From: an uncultured Gammaproteobacteria bacterium
Lineage (GTDB): Bacteria > Patescibacteriota > Microgenomatia > UBA8517
NCBI GenBank assembly: GCA_964617045.1
Contig: CAZTVZ010000002.1
Coordinates: 76,095-140,094 of the forward strand
Length of the DNA stretch: 64,000 nucleotides
Direction of reading: 5' to 3'
The translations under genes were made by a program, and so were the position numbers. Each line of letters opens with the position of its first letter. Positions within the stretch are counted from its first letter, which is position 1. The notes beneath the pieces were generated by a model, which saw only the letters and a list, made by a program, of their open reading frames with translations, did not search any database and had not been told where the DNA came from. Positions 60,210-64,000 of this stretch are shown here, piece by piece.

Positions 60210-61348
60210 AAATTGTAATTGATGCTAGGTTGTACGGACTCGAAAATGCAGGTCTTGGTCGTTATGTAATGAATTTAATTAGAAATCTCCAAAATTTCGA
60301 CAAAGATAATGAATATGTACTAATTCTTCGAAAGAAATACTACGAATCCCTAAAACTACCCAAAAAATGGTCGAAAGTGCTATTTGATCACAGACACTAT
60401 AGCTTCAATGAACAACTATTGCTTCCTAAATTATTAAAAAGTATAAACCCCGATTTGGTTCATTTTCCCCATTTCAACGTTCCTGTTTTCTATTCCGGTC
60501 CTTTTGTTGTAACTATTCACGATATATTGATGCACAGACAAAGCGGGCTACAGGCCACAACTCTCCCTGCGCCAATATATTTTCTTAAAAGATTCGGATA
60601 TCACAGAGTGTTTGAATATGCCGTTAATGCATCAAAAGCAATTGTTGTTCCAAGCAAATTTGTAAAATCAGAGATAGAAAAGTTCTACAAACTAGATGAA
60701 GATAAAATCAAAGTAACCTACGAAGGATTCGATGAAAAAATCGAAAATACGATTTCACCGGATAAAGTACTTAAAAAATACAACATCAGGAAACCATACT
60801 TTATTTATGCAGGAAATGCATATCCTCACAAAAATATTGCAAGATTAATTGAAGCAGTAGTTGAATTGAATAAAACAAAAAAAGACAAAGTAGTTCTGGC
60901 CCTTGTTTCCGCCAGAAGTGTATTTTTGGAAAAACTTGAACAATTAATAAAAAAGCATCAGGCAATTCCTTATATCAAACCTTTGGGTTTTGTTCCTGAC
61001 GAAGATCTTGGAGTGCTGTTGTCCAATTCTTCTGGTTTTACTTTTCCTTCATTGTCGGAAGGCTTCGGCCTTCCCGGACTTGAAGCTTTATCTTCAAAAA
61101 CACTACTCTTAGCATCAGATATTCCGGTATTTAAAGAGATATATAAAGATTCGGCTACGTATTTTGATCCCTTGGATGTAAATTCAATAAAAGAAAAGTT
61201 GAACAGCGTGCTTAATTTGAAAGAAGAAGAAAGAAATAAGCTTGTGGAAAAAGGAATTCAATTTGCAAAAAGATACTCATGGGATAAAATGGCCAGAGAA
61301 ACTTTAAATGTCTATAAAAGTTGCCTTGGTTTACGACCGGGTAAATAA
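60206..61348 (+). CDS. Glycosyltransferase family 4
   Basis: ATGA overlap. 'SEGFGLPGLEALSSKTLLLASDIPVFKEIYKDSATYFDP'. Confidence 0.75.
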   Translation: MKIVIDARLYGLENAGLGRYVMNLIRNLQNFDKDNEYVLILRKKYYESLKLPKKWSKVLFDHRHYSFNEQLLLPKLLKSINPDLVHFPHFNVPVFYSGPFVVTIHDILMHRQSGLQATTLPAPIYFLKRFGYHRVFEYAVNASKAIVVPSKFVKSEIEKFYKLDEDKIKVTYEGFDEKIENTISPDKVLKKYNIRKPYFIYAGNAYPHKNIARLIEAVVELNKTKKDKVVLALVSARSVFLEKLEQLIKKHQAIPYIKPLGFVPDEDLGVLLSNSSGFTFPSLSEGFGLPGLEALSSKTLLLASDIPVFKEIYKDSATYFDPLDVNSIKEKLNSVLNLKEEERNKLVEKGIQFAKRYSWDKMARETLNVYKSCLGLRPGK

Positions 61349-62396
61349 ATGGGGTGGTGCCGAAAGAGTTCTTCTTGCCCTTCACGAAATTTTTCCTAAA
61401 GCACCTCTTTTTACTACGGTATATTCAAAACAGAAAGCTCGATGGGCGAATGTGTTTCCAAAAGTGAACACTTCGTTTTTGGGAAAATTTTTATGGCTTC
61501 AAGACAAACACGAATTGCTGGGTACTTTCACACCCTTGGCTTCGGAATCTTTGGACTTATCTGAATACGATTTTGTTATTTCAGTCATATCGGAATCTGC
61601 CAAAGGAATTATTACCGGACCAAAAACAAAACATATATGTTACATGCTTACTCCGACAAGATATCTGTGGAGCGGTTACGAGGAATATTTTAAAAACCCG
61701 ATTCTTAGATTATTATCTTTACCCGTTATCAAATACCTTAAATGGTGGGATTATGCTGCTGCCAGAAGACCCGATGAAATAATATCTATTTCGAATGAGG
61801 TTAAAAAAAGAGTAAAAAAATATTACGGACTTGGTTCAAAAGTAATTTTCCCTCCAGTAAACGTGCAAATATCAGCTAAGGATAAAAAAGAACTGAAGAA
61901 AAAAAGGAATTATTACCTCATGGTTGGAAGATTGGTTCCTTATAAAAGATTCGATTTGGCAATAAAAGCATTTAATAAAATAAAAGAACCCTTGTATATA
62001 GTCGGTACAGGTTACGACCTTCCCAGACTTCTTGGTATTTCCAATCAAAATGTTAAGTTTTTAGGTCGGGTAAGTGAAGCCAAACTAAAAAAACTATACC
62101 TGGGAGCAAAAGCATTCATTTTTCCCCAAGAAGAAGATTTTGGTATTGTTGCAGTGGAAGCACAGTCGTATGGTGTTCCGGTAATTGCATACAAAGCGGG
62201 TGGGGCACTTGATACAGTGGTAGATAAAGAGACGGGAATTTTCTTTTCGAAGCAGGAAGTTGACAGTTTGGTGGATGCTATTGCACAATTTAATAACACT
62301 AAGTTTTCACAGAGAAAACTTTTAGCAAACGCAAAAAAGTTTTCCAAGGAAAGGTTTAAAAGAGAATTTAGAAAAACAATTGATGGAAGATTATAA
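61308..62396 (+). CDS. Glycosyltransferase family 4
   Basis: 'IKVALVYDRVNKWGGAERV' is a typical GT4 N-terminus. 'EEDFGIVAVEAQSYGVPVIAYKAGGALDTV'. Confidence 0.7.
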   Translation: MSIKVALVYDRVNKWGGAERVLLALHEIFPKAPLFTTVYSKQKARWANVFPKVNTSFLGKFLWLQDKHELLGTFTPLASESLDLSEYDFVISVISESAKGIITGPKTKHICYMLTPTRYLWSGYEEYFKNPILRLLSLPVIKYLKWWDYAAARRPDEIISISNEVKKRVKKYYGLGSKVIFPPVNVQISAKDKKELKKKRNYYLMVGRLVPYKRFDLAIKAFNKIKEPLYIVGTGYDLPRLLGISNQNVKFLGRVSEAKLKKLYLGAKAFIFPQEEDFGIVAVEAQSYGVPVIAYKAGGALDTVVDKETGIFFSKQEVDSLVDAIAQFNNTKFSQRKLLANAKKFSKERFKREFRKTIDGRL

Positions 62397-63489
62397 GGAT
62401 CACATATACGCATTAATCTTCTGCGGTGGTGGAGGAACCAGGCTATGGCCGTTCTCCAGAGAAAAACGACCCAAACAATTCCTCAAAATTAAAGGATCGA
62501 AAACGCTAATTAAACAAACTTTTGACAGAGTATCTTCGTTTGTGCCGGTAGAAAGAATATTTGTGGTTACAGTCCCGGATTATACGGATGAGGTGGCGGA
62601 AATGATGAATGAAGTACCCAGAAGCCAGGTTCTAGTTGAGCCGGCAAGAAGAAATACTGCAATGGCTGCCGCTTTGGGTGCAGCAGCAATATTTAAAAAA
62701 GACCCTACGGCAATTATTGTAAACATTTGGGCTGACCATTTAATTCCGGATAAGGATGATTACAAGAGGGCAATGTTTGCCGGTGCCAAGGCGGCTTCCG
62801 ATGGACTAAACCTTGTAACGACCGGAATTAAACCAAGATATCCCCATACCGGATTCGGATATATCAAAAAAGGTGAGCTGTATGATTCCGAAGGGGGAGA
62901 GCCGGTTTATAAAATTGATAAATTTGCCGAAAAGCCAGACTTGGAAACCGCAAAGAAATATTTGAAAGCAGGAGATTACCTGTGGCACCAGGGAACTTTC
63001 ATTTGGAGAGTTGATGCTTTTATGGAAGCTTTGAAAAAATACGCCAAACCTACGTATGAAAGAATGGGCGAAATAATTGATCATTTGGGAGAAGTAGGCG
63101 GTAAAGACAAAATAATAAAAGCATATATGGCGGCACCCGATTTATCGATCGACGTGGCCGTAGCGGAGAAGGCCCCGAATTTTTTGGTCACAGAAGCGAA
63201 TTTTGAATGGTGGGATGTGGGGGATTTTAATGTTCTATGGAATGTCGAAGAAAAAGACAAAGACGGGAATGTTGTCCTGACGGATGAAGGGGGAGAATAT
63301 ATCGGTATTGAGACAAAAGACTCAATGATTATTTCCGAAGACAACCGATTGGTTGCCACCTATGGAGTTGACAATATAGTTGTTGTAGCCACAAAAGATG
63401 CGGTACTGGTAATACCAAAAAGTGAAGCACAAAGCGTAAAAAAGATAGTTGAGCAGATAAAAGAGGAAAATAAGAAGAATTTCCTGTAA
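62383..63489 (+). CDS. manC: Mannose-1-phosphate guanylyltransferase (GDP-mannose pyrophosphorylase), nucleotidyltransferase domain only
   Basis: ATG at 62383. 'ALIFCGGGGTRLWPFSREKRPKQFL' is the canonical GMP/ManC signature. About 368 aa with no cupin/PMI domain. Confidence 0.8.
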   Translation: MEDYKDHIYALIFCGGGGTRLWPFSREKRPKQFLKIKGSKTLIKQTFDRVSSFVPVERIFVVTVPDYTDEVAEMMNEVPRSQVLVEPARRNTAMAAALGAAAIFKKDPTAIIVNIWADHLIPDKDDYKRAMFAGAKAASDGLNLVTTGIKPRYPHTGFGYIKKGELYDSEGGEPVYKIDKFAEKPDLETAKKYLKAGDYLWHQGTFIWRVDAFMEALKKYAKPTYERMGEIIDHLGEVGGKDKIIKAYMAAPDLSIDVAVAEKAPNFLVTEANFEWWDVGDFNVLWNVEEKDKDGNVVLTDEGGEYIGIETKDSMIISEDNRLVATYGVDNIVVVATKDAVLVIPKSEAQSVKKIVEQIKEENKKNFL

Positions 63490-63502
63490 TATAGCCAAGC
63501 TT

Positions 63503-64000
63503 ATGTTATTTAACGTAGTTAAAAGATTAATGGATATAACGGTAGCCTCCGTTGGTATCCTGTTCTTTTCACCGATAATGCTTGTTACGGCAATTGCAAT
63601 CAAACTGACAAGCAAAGGCCCCGTATTTGCAGAAACTCCCAAACGGGTGGGAATGAACGGTAAAACCTTCAATCCATATAAATTCAGATCAATGATCGCA
63701 AATGCACACAAGCTATTAAAGACCGACCCAAGATTCAAGAAACTGTTCGAGGAATACAAAAAATCAAATTACAAATTACACGACGACCCCAGAATTACAC
63801 CGGTTGGAAAATTTATCAGAAAACATTCCATTGATGAGGTTCCCCAATTTCTTAATGTACTTAAAGGGGAAATGAGTGTTGTTGGACCAAGACCGTATTA
63901 TCCTGACGAACTTGAGGATCAGTTAAATAAAAATCCTGACAAGAAAAAACACTTGAAAGACGTTCTTTCCGTAAGGCCGGGAATAACCGGATATTGGCAG
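63503..64000 (+). CDS. Initiating phosphoglycosyltransferase, bacterial sugar transferase family (PglC/WbaP C-domain-like); 3' partial
   Basis: Not in the ORF track because it runs off the window end. ATG at 63503 gives 'MLFNVVKRLMDITVASVGILFFSPIMLVTAIAIKLTSKGPVFAETPKRVGMNGKTFNPYKFRSM...DEVPQFLNVLKGEMSVVGPRP', the bacterial sugar transferase signature. Confidence 0.8.
   Translation, partial: MLFNVVKRLMDITVASVGILFFSPIMLVTAIAIKLTSKGPVFAETPKRVGMNGKTFNPYKFRSMIANAHKLLKTDPRFKKLFEEYKKSNYKLHDDPRITPVGKFIRKHSIDEVPQFLNVLKGEMSVVGPRPYYPDELEDQLNKNPDKKKHLKDVLSVRPGITGYWQ

Noticed and set aside
62383-63489. Bifunctional ManC with a C-terminal phosphomannose-isomerase/cupin domain
   Set aside because: At 369 aa it is too short. 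Only the nucleotidyltransferase domain is present, so I call it a monofunctional GDP-mannose pyrophosphorylase.
1-64000. Possibility of recoded UGA (alternative genetic code 25 as in some CPR lineages)
   Set aside because: TGA terminates many genes exactly where homologous families end and forms the ATGA start/stop overlaps. Standard code 11 fits.
1-64000. Mobile elements, CRISPR arrays, tRNA/rRNA genes
   Set aside because: I found no transposase, integrase or recombinase signatures, no direct-repeat/spacer arrays, and no intergenic space long enough (72 bp or less) to hold a tRNA. None detected by reading.

Overview
The window is one uninterrupted, co-directional gene array: I count 56 protein-coding genes, all on the + strand, with intergenic gaps of 72 bp or less. 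GC is low (about a third, by eye). Almost every product is glycan-related: about 14 GT2 and 9 GT4 glycosyltransferases, one GnT-I/GT13-like protein, and 17 large polytopic membrane proteins (18 modules) whose first lumenal loops carry acidic DD/DE/DxxAR motifs typical of GT-C glycosyltransferases. Three of the 14 GT2 genes are polyprenol-phosphate-sugar-synthase-like (20597..21337, 29056..29712 and 3164..3925). The array also encodes 5 class I SAM methyltransferase genes (6 domains), a hexapeptide-repeat acetyltransferase, two Wzx-type flippases, one Wzy/O-antigen-ligase-like protein, mannose-1-phosphate guanylyltransferase and, at the 3' edge, a PglC-like initiating phosphoglycosyltransferase. 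At 23 of 55 gene junctions the start and stop codons overlap (ATGA, TAATG or TGATG). I found no rRNA, tRNA, CRISPR array, transposase or integrase. The most unusual features are the density of GT-C-like enzymes, including a tandem triplication of an unclassified GT-C-like module with two copies fused into a 1094-aa protein, and a G9 homopolymer in a dual-methyltransferase gene that is a candidate phase-variation switch. Family assignments come from motif recognition only; no searches were run.
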